Assembly: GCF_006345805.1 (NCBI RefSeq)
Contig: NC_042998.1
Span: forward strand, 156,798,001 to 156,862,000
Direction of reading: 5' to 3'
DNA length: 64,000 bases
From: Octopus sinensis
Taxonomy: Eukaryota
The notes under the pieces are model-generated. The model was not told where the DNA came from. It did no database searches and saw only the letters and a program-made list of their open reading frames with translations. Below are positions 38,153 to 51,359 of the stretch, piece after piece. Position numbers and translations under genes: made by a program. Every line of letters starts with the position of its first letter. Position 1 is the stretch's first letter.

Positions 38153-38419
38153 ACTGATAAATGACATTTTTTTCCTTTAGATAGATGCAATTTAAGTTCA
38201 TGCCAGTTCTTGCAGTTTGTTGAAAACATTGCTCCTAGTTCTGTATTTTTTAACCCGTTTTCTTTTGTAGTGATGATACACAGTTTCTTTCTTGTTGACC
38301 AGTTTATAGAAAAACAAAAAGATCAAAGTATATAAAAGAAACTTTTGTTGATATAGCTTTGGGTAAAACTATATGACAACCTACTGTTATGCATATTGTA
38401 CTATTTTTATTATCATCAA

Positions 38420-38625
38420 GGCAATGAACTGGTAGAATCATTAGCACACTAGACAAACTGCTTGGTGGTATTTCACCCATTGCTCTGTTCTAAGTTCAAA
38501 TTCTGCTGAGGTTGACTTTGCCTTTCATCTTTATGGGGTTGATAAATTAAGTACCAGTGAAACATGGGTTGATGTAATTGACTAGTGCCCTCCTCACAAA
38601 GGCCTAGTGCCTTTAATAAAAAGGA
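38420..38625 (+). mobile_element. tRNA-type SINE
   Basis: Same family blocks as 35207. Confidence 0.7.
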
Positions 38626-38629
38626 TTAT

Positions 38630-39960
38630 CATTATTATGCAAAGTTTTTCATTGGTAGGTTCATGCAAGTTTCTCCTGCATTACCTGATGCACCTCTATG
38701 TTCCTGAGGTATGTGCAGAATTGTGCTCTTATTTTTGTGGGAACTGGAAGAATGTAGACTCCTTATGTTGCTGTACAGCACCAGTTTGTTTTGTTATGGG
38801 GTTTAGCTTCTTGTTTTTTTGCTACATTAGTGTGTGATCTGTGTAATGTGAGCTGTGTTATTTTATTTGGTCTCAACTTTGTAATCACGCCTAATGCTCC
38901 AGTTACATGTAGTATTGTTTTCACCCTCATGCCCTACACCTTGAATATTTCAATTCCATATCCCACTGTATTTTGGTAGTTTTTCCTTTACTTTTCGGAC
39001 CATATTTTCATCAGAAGAGATTGTGATGTCTATCAGTGTGCATGTGTCTGTTTACCAGTCTCTTATTATGTTTGGACAGTTTGCTTTGATCACTTTGCCA
39101 GTTTGGATAGGAGATATGATCCCAGATTACTGTGGCCAGGTCATTGTCATGTACTGCATTCAGTACATGTTTGTAACATTTCTTAATTGTTTTGACATTG
39201 AAATGGTGGCATATTGCCCAGTGAATATAGCTGCCAGCTCGATCATGCTTGTGTATACATTCAAATTTGGCTAGGACTAGGTAATCAAAGATGATATCAA
39301 CTGTCTAATTGTAACTAGTGGCACATTCTACATTTGGTGTTAGGATCCATTTCAATGATTATATTTTTGTAGTTGTTTGTAGCCTGACATTGTTCTTGTG
39401 CAGAAAGTATCAGTCCCTCCGTTTCTGTTTTTAGTCTTTAGAGCTGTTGTTGACCTTCACTTTGGCTCACTTGTTCCCTATCGAATCTTATGGGTTATTA
39501 ACCATGGAGTGGTTTTTCTCCCTATTTCTTCTTAAGTATGCTTTGTAATTTTGTTTGCATGTTATTTTTGTATATTATACCATTTCTGTTGTGTTATTAT
39601 CTAAAATCATTGTACTAGTGTAGCCAGCTTCTGTTTTGCTTTGTATTTTATAACTATCTTGCATATAGAGAAGAGTTTTTTCATGTTCCTTTATACAGTT
39701 TTCCATTCTTTATTTCTGAGTGTTTGTCCAGTCCAACTGCCATTTTGTAGTAGAAGCTTTCTATTTGTGTCAGGCTATTCTATCCTTGTGTGCAAAGTAA
39801 GTATATTCTGTTGGTTTCCGATTTGGGATGGTGGCTTTGCTATGCTGTTATAGTTTTCTGGTTTTTCTACTTAGGTTCCAATTTATCATATTGAAGCTGT
39901 GGTTTATGAATGAAGGATGGTTTGGATTAGCAAAGTATATGATCATGTAATAAATTTGTA
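38630..39960 (-). mobile_element. Old R4/Dong-like RLE LINE 3' fragment
   Basis: KTRKL..HHPKSETNRIYL, HKHDRAGSYIHWAIC, VIWD..IQTGKVIKANCPNI..LIDITISSDEN..EKL.KY, TGALGVI. Heavily frameshifted; 5' boundary approximate. Confidence 0.65.
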
Positions 39961-39983
39961 AACTTAGTTGTTTTTCTTTATAG

Positions 39984-40159
39984 GAATCAGTGAAGATCGA
40001 AAAAAGAAAATGAAAACAACATCAATTATAGAATACCTCCCTTCTGGTTCAAAGTGGAAACATGTAGCTACTGACAAGAAGACAAAAGTGTCACAAAGTT
40101 ATTTATTTGAACTTGGTGTCCCAGTGGATGCAGAGGACTTGCATGGCCATAAATTCAAG
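39984..40159 (+). CDS. iLBP gene A, exon 2 (G)ISEDRKKKMKTTSIIEYLPSGSKWKHVATDKKTKVSQSYLFELGVPVDAEDLHGHKFK
   Basis: Polypyrimidine tract plus TAG acceptor and AAG|GTAGTA donor. 176 nt, phase 1 to 0. FELG..D..GHKFK corresponds to FABP F.LG.EF.E...DGRK.K. Confidence 0.85.
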
Positions 40160-42564
40160 GTAGTATTGTTCTATTCATGATGATGTTGTATTAATTAACT
40201 CAGTCAGCTTTTGAGCAGTTGAACATGAGGATGCAACTTACACATTCAATACAGTAATATTTTTTATACTTTTGTCTTATTGATGATTATCATATTTATG
40301 ATTGTCTTATTAATGTCTGGTACATTTATTTGTTGGATTGGAGTTTAAATTTTCTATTGATCAACTGACATTTTAGTGTTGGTTAATCCACCTTTTATTT
40401 TTTGGACATAGATTTATCTTCGCTTTCCCTTAATTTATCTTTTCAATTACGAATTTTACTAGGAAGAGGGTGGGCTGCTATTGCACTCAGATTGAGAGAT
40501 CATACAGAGGTTCTTTCATTGGCCGAAGTTCCTTGATAATGATGCTGTTTGAAAGTGATTTGGAAGCTATTGCTAGTAGATCGGCTCACAACACTCACTA
40601 AAATACGATATGGCTGAGTAAATAGTTATTAGCGTTTTGACACGTAGATTTTGGAATTAAATTCACTGTAGATGTTGTTTCGCTGTGTATTTAAGTTCCG
40701 CATTCATTAAATAACTTCTCTTATTTAACTTTAAATGCTGAGCCTAAATTTATCGTTTCTATGAATATGAAGTGAAATAATCCAGATGTATCTTCCCTTC
40801 AATTACAAAATCCTGAAGATTGATACTTTCTGTGAGACCCTCTCAATCAATGCTTTACCAGACATTACTTTCAATGTCAAAACATTCAGATAAAGTCAAC
40901 AGTACAAAGCAGATAAAAATTGTACAATTACAAAAAAAAAAAAAATAAAAATAAAATACTGTTGGGAAAAACTTTTTGATACTATATTAGTTTCTGTTGA
41001 CTACAATAAGGACATAGTAAATCCTTCGAATATTCGTATTCATTGTTCATGCATTTTTTGATATCCTTTAATGTAAGCTGATTTGCATAACATGTGAAAC
41101 TAAATGCTCTGCATTCGATCTAGGTAGTCATCCTGTCATTCGACTATCTACTTGGTTATAATTGGAGTTACTTCCCAACAAGAACTCCTGGTTTTACTCT
41201 ACATAAAAATGAAACGTTTATAGAATTTATGATTGTTTTACTTTGTAAGGACCCTGCAATGTGAGGTGAGGAGAATGAGTCTTTAGTACATCACACAGCC
41301 CTTACAATAAATATAAAAGGAATAATACATAAATGTGCCGAAGGGAAAAGGATAGAGACACAACTGAATAGAATGTTTAAGAAAAGATTTAGTGATATGT
41401 TAACATGTGTGTTTGTGTGTGTGTCATGTATACAGAATAATAGACAGGCCATCATGAAAACAAAATGTATGTGTGTACAGGCACAGATATTAAGAACACC
41501 AGTTTGTAGTCTATTGTACACAGTACACGGTACTGTATCAAGAAGTTGTGGCCATGAAGCTGAGCCAGTTGCAGTACATGTCGTACATAAAATTATGGCT
41601 GTAATGCTGCTGCCTGGGTCACTTGGTACAGGAGTTCTCCCAGGTTATATATTCACTATTGATCCATGGTAAAGTAATTCATGAACAGTGCAGTGTTGTA
41701 ACCTGGGCAAGTTGCTTGTTGAGCTGTGTACATAGAGAGATGATATTGACAACATTAAGAAGATGGTGGTGGTGACGAAGAAAGAGATTGCTGTAATGCT
41801 GTTGGACAAAGTTGGTAAATCTCAACATAGCTGCTGTTGTGTTGTTGCTGGAACTGGCCATGTCTTGCGTGGTCAGTGGCTAAACCTTAGAAGGTCTGAA
41901 ACCAAAGACATCGAGATGAGGAAAAGCTGGATTTTTTTTATAAGGAACTGTAGGCTTAAAACTGGTTTGAGAACAGGCTGTCTCACATGATTTTATTTAG
42001 AGACTCTGATTGGTGATATGCTGCAGAATTGGTGTGACAGAGTAAGAGACAAATTGCATCAATACCAACCAATCAGAGTAGTGGACACAACAGGGTCCAA
42101 ATAGCGGCCAAAGGCTAGCTGTTACTTGTTATGTTTGAATGCACATATATATATAATAAAGGGGAGCGAGGAATTTCACTTGAGTGTATGCTATAACTTC
42201 CTGAAATCAAAACCTATCACAGTCGGCATTGCCTTTCAAATATCTGGTACCTATAAAGCAAATAACTCAGCATATATTGAAGTTAGTGTCACCCCCCCCC
42301 CCACCAAAAGTGTGTTTTTAAGAAATTATTACAGGGAACATTGAAAAGTCAGTCAGTTTTGGTACACTTAAGCATTTCTAATGTAAATGTTGAATTTTAA
42401 CTCTTGTGTGCTTGTTGGCAGAATATACAGCACAAAAATGAAGAGGCTTGAAACTGAACTGACGGAGGTTAGGATACCAACTAATTACAACTGCAAGAGA
42501 GAAAGAAGGGGAAGTTTAGTTAAGAGCAGGCAGATAATTCGATATCATTTAGCTACCAGTTTAG

Positions 42565-42760
42565 GACAGCGAGCTGGCAGAATTGTTAACATGCCAGACA
42601 AAGTGTTTAGCAGCATTTTGTCTGTCTTTATGTTCTGAGTTCCAATTCTACTGAGGTTGACTTTGTCTTTCTTCTTTTTGTAAGTAACAGTCGAGCACTG
42701 GAGTCGATGTAATCGACTTTCTTCTCTGCTACAATTGCTGTCTCGGTGCCTAAATTAGAA
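42565..42760 (+). mobile_element. tRNA-type SINE
   Basis: Same family blocks as 35207. Confidence 0.7.
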
Positions 42761-43189
42761 ATGATTTAGTTACTAGTTCAGTAAAATTGTAAGAAAGGGA
42801 GAAGATAAGCTTAGTTTTGCGCAGACAGATTTTGATCTCATATACATAGTTACTGGATAATCATTGTAGTGTGGATCACAAGAGCTACATCATAACAATA
42901 CAAATCACTTGAATACGTTGGTGTCAATATAGTTTCGAACAATCCCTGAATATTATCATTTAAAAAATTTTTTTGCATATATTGCTTGTATTAAACAATG
43001 CTTCATCACATCAAGGGAAAATACAAAAATATGTTTAATTTTTTTTATAATGTTCTCCATATCTTTATGTAAAGATCTGTCTATTTTGCAGAAAAAATAC
43101 TTTTGATTTTATTATGTAATACATGTTATAAAAAGAGCTTTCATCTTTTTCTTACATGTAATGGGCCATCATGCTTCAATATATTTTTG

Positions 43190-43485
43190 TGCCACCGGCA
43201 TGACTGGCCTCGTGTTGGTGGCATGTAAAAAGCACCATCCGATCGTGGCCGTTTGCCAGCCTCGTCTGGCACCTGTGCCGGTGGCATGTAAAAAGCACCC
43301 ACTACACTCACGGAGTGGTTGGCGTTAGGAAGGGCATCCAGCCGTAGAAACATTGCCAGATCTGACTGGGCTTGGTACAGCCTTCTGGCTTCCCAGACCC
43401 CAGTTGAACCGTCCAAACCATGCTAGCATGGAAAGCGGACGCTAAACGATGATGATGATGATGATGATGATGACGATGATGATGA
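43190..43485 (+). mobile_element. RTE 3'-UTR fragment with (GAT)n tail
   Basis: Reverse complement of the 29145-29350 UTR: AAAAGCACCCACTACACTC..GGCGTTAGGAAGGGCATCCAG..GCTAGCATGG..AAACGATGATG. Confidence 0.8.
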
Positions 43486-44799
43486 AGCACTGTATCAACA
43501 AATAAATTGTTGATTTACTCTTTCAACGTTTTTTTCTCATCTTCTTTCGGACAGTTTCACCTACCACACAACAGGTTTGTTTCTTAATTTTGTTAAAAAG
43601 GCCTGGGGACATGAATAATAATATATTAGAGGTTGCTAAATGGTAAAGCATATTAAAGAGAAAGGAGTTCAAAAATACCAATGGGTATATCCTTCAAACT
43701 TGCCATCTTGACAGAAGCTACATTACTCATAAAAAAGAAGGGATGATCATGTCTTTTGATAGAAGTCTGCCCAATTAAATCTACTAAACATGACTGTCAC
43801 TCTGTTGCCTCACCAATAACAATAGCAACAATAACAGCTACAACTTTACTAGCTTTTTATTTTGTATAGAATACAGAAAGCTAAAAGTCAAAGACCATCC
43901 TAACAGACTTTCAAGCTCAGAGCCAGGAAGTAGAAAATAAAATATAAAATATTTAGTCTACTCTGTCAAACACATCTGCTCTCTAACTATAAATTCACTG
44001 GCTGATTGTTGCTCCACTAAATGCATTTGCCATCTCCATGACATCAATTCACATTGGTTCAGACTGCATTTCTATACTTCACCTTCTCGTCGGGAGTTTA
44101 TTACTCCTTACTTTTACATTGACCAAATTCTTGATCTACCTTCAGCATCTCCTAAGTTCTACTTCTTGGTCCATGTGTTCCAAACCACTCAGTCTAGCCT
44201 GTGACATCGACCAATCACAATGTCTGTGGTCTCTCCCTGTAATCCCAAACTTGCCTACTCCATACACATATACATGCATCATTTAAACTATCTGAAATAC
44301 TTTCAATTGCCAGCTTTTATAGGCTTCACATATTTTTTCTTTTTTCTATTGTGACAGTTAGTATGTTGTATTCATGTTGATTGACATGGAGCATTTGGGG
44401 TCAGTCATTGATTGGTTATCATTAGTTATTTCCATATTCCATACTTTTACTTGTTTTACAGTACTGTAACATTATTATCATCATTCCAACTTTTTCCTTT
44501 CTTCTTCCTCTTCTTGAATGTTAATTTTGAATGGCTACCCTGTTCGCAGTAGAGACAGAATACATATTAGAATATTTTATTTTAAATATACTGTTATCAA
44601 AAACTTTATCTGTGTAATTTTATGTTTGTAATTGCATACACATACATATTCACACATTCATACACACATTCACACACATTCATATACACATAGAAATACA
44701 CACACACATGCACACGCACACACACACACACACAGTTACAGGCGTAAATATATGTAAATATACATATGTACATATTTAAAAGTTATAGGTTTCATATAA

Positions 44800-44990
44800 C
44801 AGGGTGAACACATGATACAAGGCCGACAAATATCAAGGAATGATGTTTGTATAGGCGGCAACAGCCCATACCAAAAAAGCCTGAAGATTTAAGGAAAGCT
44901 CTGAAGGAGGCCAAACTCAACATTAAGATCGTTGAAAAGCCAGGAAACATCATCAGATCACAATTATTCAGGACATGTCATATAATTATG
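44800..44990 (+). mobile_element. Penelope-like fragment (similar to 46245-46410)
   Basis: LRKALKEAKLNIKIVEKPG..SQL.RT, the Penelope RT-to-endonuclease linker. Confidence 0.65.
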
Positions 44991-45029
44991 ATATTTGTTG
45001 CATTATTTTGTTTATTTTTATTAACACAG

Positions 45030-45137
45030 GTTGTTACAAATATAGAAGATAAAAACAAAATGAAAGAGGTTTATACAGAATGGTGTGATTTCGCAGTGAA
45101 TGCTGTCAGGGAAATTTCAGGAGATGTTATGCACATT
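45030..45137 (+). CDS. iLBP gene A, exon 3 VVTNIEDKNKMKEVYTEWCDFAVNAVREISGDVMHI
   Basis: T-rich tract plus CAG acceptor and ATT|GTAAGT donor. 108 nt, phase 0 to 0. VRE..GD.M motif. Confidence 0.85.
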
Positions 45138-46007
45138 GTAAGTACATCACATCAAAGAAGTACATTTCAAAATGATATATAACCATTTACATTTTCTTTG
45201 CTGGTTGATATTTTCTGCTTTTTTTTTTACCTTCCTCTTATTTTTTTTCAGTCTTTTTATTTCCTCTCATACATATCTATATATGTGTTTGGTTTGTGAG
45301 ATTCTTTATGTGAATTCATATGTTGAAGCAAATTCTATTGTGTCTGGGGAGAATCATTCTGTTTTAATACCTTATATAGCTATGTAGATGTCATTAATAT
45401 TCTAGTTAAGAAAAACTCTAATAACTGTAGTGTAGAAACTGAGAGGAGCATAATAGAGAGCATCCAGCACATAGCTAACTCCATCCACCAAAGTATCAAA
45501 GTAACTATAGATTATCCCTCTAGGCATCCTAACAATAAACTCCCTGTCCTTGACACTGTGAACAACAATATCCAGCTCCTCCACTCCTATTACATGAAAC
45601 CCATAACTTCGAAATATGTTGTTCATAAGAACTCAGCTTTGTCACATGACATAAAAATCAACATACTAATAGCAGACTTAGACTTGTTTCAGTCATTTGA
45701 CTGTGGCCATGCTGAGGCACCGCCTTTAGCTGAGCAAATCGACCCCATGACTTATTCTTTGTAAGCCTAGTACTTATTCTATCAGTCTCTTTTGCCAAAC
45801 AGTTGTCAAGCAATGTTGGGGGGACAAACACAGACACACAAACATATACACACACACATACATATATATATATGTATATATACGATGGGCATCTTTCAGT
45901 TTCCATCTACCAAATCCACTCACAAGGCTTTGGTCAGCCCGGGACTATAGTAGAAGACACTTGCCCAAGGTGCCATGCAGTGGAACTGAACCTGGAACCA
46001 TGTGGTT

Positions 46008-46505
46008 CTTACGATAATGAACAACATATCCCTGCTATGCGAACATATGAAACAAAGAAACATGTACAGAACTTCATGCATCGCATACAATTCTCTGGAT
46101 ATGGCCAGAAAGATAGGGTTCGGGTATACAGAGCTAGAAAGAAGTTAGCATTATATGTAATGAAACCAGTGGTACCTGCCCTAGATACAGAAGTAAAGAC
46201 TGGAATAGGATACAGAGAGTTTGTGACAAAGCAAACAGGGAAAACACATGGTACAAGGCCGACAAATATCAAGGAGTGATGTTTGTAGATGAGGCCACAG
46301 CCCATGGAGAACTAGCCCGAAGATTTAGGAAAGCTCTGGAGGAGGCCAAACTCAATATTAAGATCGTTGAAAGGCCAGGAAGCTCTATCTGATCACAATT
46401 ATGCAGGACATACCCCTTTGAGAATATCATATGCACCAATGAGAACTGCATTGTATGTAAGATAAACCCTGACATTAACTGTAGAACTAGAAATGTAGTC
46501 TACAG
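46008..46505 (+). mobile_element. Penelope-like fragment (RT thumb and Cys-rich linker)
   Basis: FMHRIQFSGY..R and KIVERPG..YPFENIICTNENCIVCK..CRTRNVVY. Confidence 0.7.
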
Positions 46506-46537
46506 TATAAACGTAGTTTACAGCATACATACATACA

Positions 46538-46572
<35 letters not shown>

Positions 46573-47226
46573 GTGAATACACATGCACACTGATGCATAC
46601 ACATTTGCACAAACAAAAAAAATGCAGCTCTGATAACAGACAAAGTCAACGACTATTGAAGAGGTTGCAAGAAGCAACGAAAATTTTAGACAAAATAAAT
46701 ATGTAAATGAATGGAAATCGAACTGGTGTTAAAACAGAATGATTCTCTCCAGATACAAAAATATATGTATATTGAGTCATCCCATAAATAATGCAGTTTT
46801 TTCAATTGCATGAACTAAAAGTTGGAGGGGACAAGATAAACTACCTGCATCAATATCCAGTAAATATTGGTGCCTTGTTGTACCACTCATCTGTATTTAC
46901 ATTTATACTTCTACCTTTAAGGAGCTTTATTTTACTGGAAAGTAATAGATTTGTATTGCAATATTTTTTCATTGTATACATACACATATATATATATATA
47001 TATATATAATAGAAATATTAAAATTACTAAGTCTCTCTAAAGGAGATTACGGCAGCGTTACTGGAAATTAATAGTTATCTATTTAAATAGATCTATTTAA
47101 AATGCTAACAACATTTTGTCATAGTCTGTTAAAATTTTCCAATATTTACTTTTATATATGTATATATATATGTATTCATGCACACATATGCACATATATA
47201 CACACACACACATACACAATGAAGCA

Positions 47227-47268
<42 letters not shown>

Positions 47269-47282
47269 TATGCACATATGTG

Positions 47283-47478
47283 CAGGTGGCACGTAAAAAG
47301 CACCCACTACACTCACGGAGTGGTTGGCGTTAGGAAGGGCATCCAGCTGTAGAAACATTGCCAAATTAGACTGGAGCCTGGTGCAGCCTTCTGGCTTCCC
47401 AGAACCCCGGTCGAACCGTCCAACCCATGCTAGCATGGAGAACGGACGTTAAACGACGATGATGATGATGATGATGAT
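47283..47478 (+). mobile_element. RTE 3'-UTR fragment with (GAT)n tail
   Basis: Same block as 43190-43485. Confidence 0.8.
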
Positions 47479-47796
47479 CGCCATACTAATATGGCAGTCT
47501 TATAAATATAAGACTAAAGCTGTCGCTGATTAGCTCCATGAGGCCACCGCCTCAAGCTAGCTATTTGACACACGAACCTGCGTCCATTACAAACCTTCAA
47601 ACAAGGGAGGTCAGCCGCTTCATCTTGCCAGTCAGACAGCTACAGATGTTTCAGGGTTGTTGCCCCTTATCAATGCAGCGTAGTCAGACTTGCAGGTGTC
47701 GCTACTGATCGTCCCAGTTCGAAGGCTTTATTCATGGAGCTAATCAGCGACAGCTTTAGTCTTATATTTATAAGACTGCCATATTAGTATGGCGAT
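47477..47796. mobile_element. 320-bp element with 65-bp terminal inverted repeats, unclassified
   Basis: 47477-47541 is the exact reverse complement of 47732-47796. Confidence 0.7.
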
Positions 47797-47804
47797 AACT
47801 ATTA

Positions 47805-47861
<57 letters not shown>

Positions 47862-50800
47862 TATATATATAATATATATATATGTTTAGTATTTAGTCAA
47901 TCATTCCTATTGTCGAATTGCAAAGTTACTTCGACGTAACATGCCGACAAGGTTGTCAAGAGTTCGCGGAGCATAAACACTTCACAAACACAAGAATACA
48001 CCCCACCCACGTACAACAGAGGTACACCAGCATGACTACAGTATTACGGCTGAAACAATTTAAAGATTATAGGTTATATATATGATGTTTATATAAACAC
48101 ACACGCACACACATCATCATCACACACACATATACATACATATGTATGTATGTACGTACGTGTGTGTGTGTGTATTGGTTGTTACAATTATAAATGTATA
48201 TATGTAAATGAATCTTTTTGTCTTTAATTGTCTTTAATATAGTCAAACAATATCAATTACAATACTTTTTTTTTAAGTCTGGTACTTAGTCACTCATTCC
48301 TAATGATGAACCATTGAGTTACTTTGACGTAACCATATCAACACAGCTGTCAAGTGTCGGCAGAGTATAAACACTTCACAAACGCAGGATCTAGTCTTTC
48401 TCATTTGCAAAATGAGCCCCCTTTAATTTTGCTCAGATTGCTTTCAATTTTGGTGTATCAATGCAACTCTGAATTTTGATAACAACTATACTTTATCTCG
48501 TAAATTTTGATAACGACTAATTACTTTATCTCGTAAATTAAAGAATCTGATGCTATTTGGAATTAAAGTTGAGAAATTTGGGTGATTTTAGCAATCAACA
48601 AATAGCGAAGTATTAACAGCTTGTTATCATGACAACTGCAGGTTTTGTTGTGTTTCACCCTCATATGTTGATTCTTCACATGAGATTTACTTTACCTGCA
48701 TGTTTTGTTTTAATAAAAATTTATATTTATCAATTAGAATTTTATTATAGATATTTAGATGATGCAGGTTGTTATTGAGCCACTTAATATGATTCTCAGA
48801 AGGCTGTAATCTCGCTGGTAGTAAATCTGGATGAAAGGCATATATAAGTAAGGTTGTAACTTAAACGCATTTATTGTGGCCACACATATATACACAATGG
48901 AATGATAAATAGAATGGGCAGTATGTAAAGGCCATGGGTTTCTGTGCTACGCTCCTCTCTGCAAGCTAGCCTGTGGCATAAGATAGAGCTAGTCAAGTTG
49001 CGTCCTCATAGCTTGCGTGTCCATGCAGAAAAGAGGAAGAGATGAGGCCATGTATCTGAACCTTAATGTTGTGTAATGCCCTCTATATTTGTATAGTCAG
49101 CTAGTTTACCTGCTGTCAAGGGGTAATGCACCTACAGATATTTTTCATCAATTGTCATAATATTTTATATATTTTTCATATTTAGCAAAAGTTGTTTGCG
49201 ATGTTTATACAGTTTTTTGTCATTATGAAGGTGAATAGAATATGTGAACTTAGTACGGATAATTTGACGTTATTTTTGAATTCTGCATGCAAAAACATAC
49301 AAGTATTCTTTTTCTTAAGATAAATTCTTTATTGACCAGTGTTATTCTTATTGTAATTTACAAATCTAAACATGAAAACATTACTCAACTTCGAAGTTTT
49401 AGAGACAGATGCCCCCATTTCACGCACACACACGCACACACACACACACGCACACACACACACACACACACTTATATATTAATGATGTACACAAATACAT
49501 GATAGGTATACATAATACTATACTAAAATACGCATACAGACTTATTAATGTAACAAATTAAAACAAATAAAAACATACAATTAATGAAGAGACAGAAGAA
49601 ACAGTAAGATGATTTTATTAGGTATTTCTGTTTATTTAGAAACCTACAATGAAGAGGACATTTCACAGACACTAAACTATAAATTTCACAGGGTACAACC
49701 TTAAAGTTGACACCGCTCCGCTAAACGCAGAAAATTTCTCTCACTATTGGTTAAAAGTACACAATTTTTCGATTTTTAAATCTCTGTAACTTTTACTTCC
49801 ATTTTTTTTCTCCACAACATCATACCTTCTTAGCAATTAGACTAGAAAACTTTATTATTATAGCCAATTTTCTGATTTTTTATTGTCTTTTAAAAAATGC
49901 ATATTTTCCAGATGAAAAAAAAAGATTCCAAATGCAAAAATACACACACGTACATACATGCACACACACACACACACACACACCACAGACTTCTTTCAGC
50001 TTCCGTCTAACAAGTATATTCAAAGGCTTTGGTTGACTCAAGGTTGTAACAGAAGTCGTTTGCTAAAGTCAGTATAATATATAGTTGGGTAGCAAGCATC
50101 TGTGTATGTAAGCGAATGTGAATGTGTGCATGTGTGTGTGTCTATATAGGTTTTTTTTTTATCTGTGTTGTCGTATTTTGAACAGTCTCAAGTGTGACAG
50201 GCCGAAACTGTAATGATAATTCGAACAGAGGGCCACGAATGATCTGTCCTGGTTTTTCCTGTCCTTCTGTGTATAGTCTATCTGTCCGTATGTTTTTATT
50301 TGTCATCTGTTATTCTTATTCTGTTTTTTTTTATACTTATATATACATATGGTGCCTTACGTACACCTTTTGCTCACCTTGTAAGTATGTATCTAAATTC
50401 TGTATGACTTTGTCTCCTTCTTTTAGTCCCCCTTATACTTTCTTCTTCCTTCCTCTTTTCTTTTTCTCACTCCCCCTCTCACAGTTCTTAGCATTCTCCT
50501 ATTTTATCTCTCCACTTTTCTTCGTTATCTCCCTTGTACCTTTTCCTATGTCCCTTCCTCTCTCTCCCTCTAGTTCATTCCCTAATTCCTTAATCCCTCT
50601 GCCCCTACCTCTCTCTGTTCCTTCTACGAGACCGGGCTTTAGCCAAGCATGATCTTTCTTTTTCGGCCTGACCAACGCCCGTACAATACCCTATTTTCCT
50701 GTCTCCGAACTGTCATCTATGTTTTTGCCTCAAGGCTTTCGCTACATATGCCAGCTTAACTTGTCCTCATTAGTCGAAAGACACCTGTTGTTATTCTCTT

Positions 50801-50883
50801 GTTTGTATTTGTAATCATGTACCATTTTCACAGTTTCCTCGTATTTGTCTGTGTTGTCATACACATTCACTTGCTTTCTTCCA

Positions 50884-50894
50884 AAAAGTTAATG

Positions 50895-50948
<54 letters not shown>

Positions 50949-51029
50949 TATATATATATATAAATATATATATATATAAATATATAATATATATAATATA
51001 TATATATAAATTATATATATATATATATA

Positions 51030-51079
<50 letters not shown>

Positions 51080-51253
51080 AATATATATATATAAATATAT
51101 TATATATATATTATATATATATATATATATTATATATATATATTATATTATATATTATATATATATATAATATATATATATATATATTTTATAATTATAT
51201 ATATATATATATATTTATATATTATATATATATATATTATATATATATATTAT

Positions 51254-51284
<31 letters not shown>

Positions 51285-51319
51285 ATTTATATATTTTATA
51301 TATATATATATTTATATAT

Positions 51320-51358
<39 letters not shown>
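50884..51358. repeat. (TC)n/(TA)n microsatellite, continued at 52631-52945
   Basis: Direct inspection. The two TA tracts flank the Helitron. Confidence 0.9.

Positions 51359-51359
<1 letters not shown>

Noticed and set aside
44847-45182. 111-aa ORF as a single gene
   Set aside because: It is a Penelope fragment plus intron plus iLBP exon 3 in one frame; splice sites delimit the real exon.
48770-49137. Possible minus-strand solo LTR
   Set aside because: TG...CA ends are plausible, but there is no TSD and no second copy in the window.
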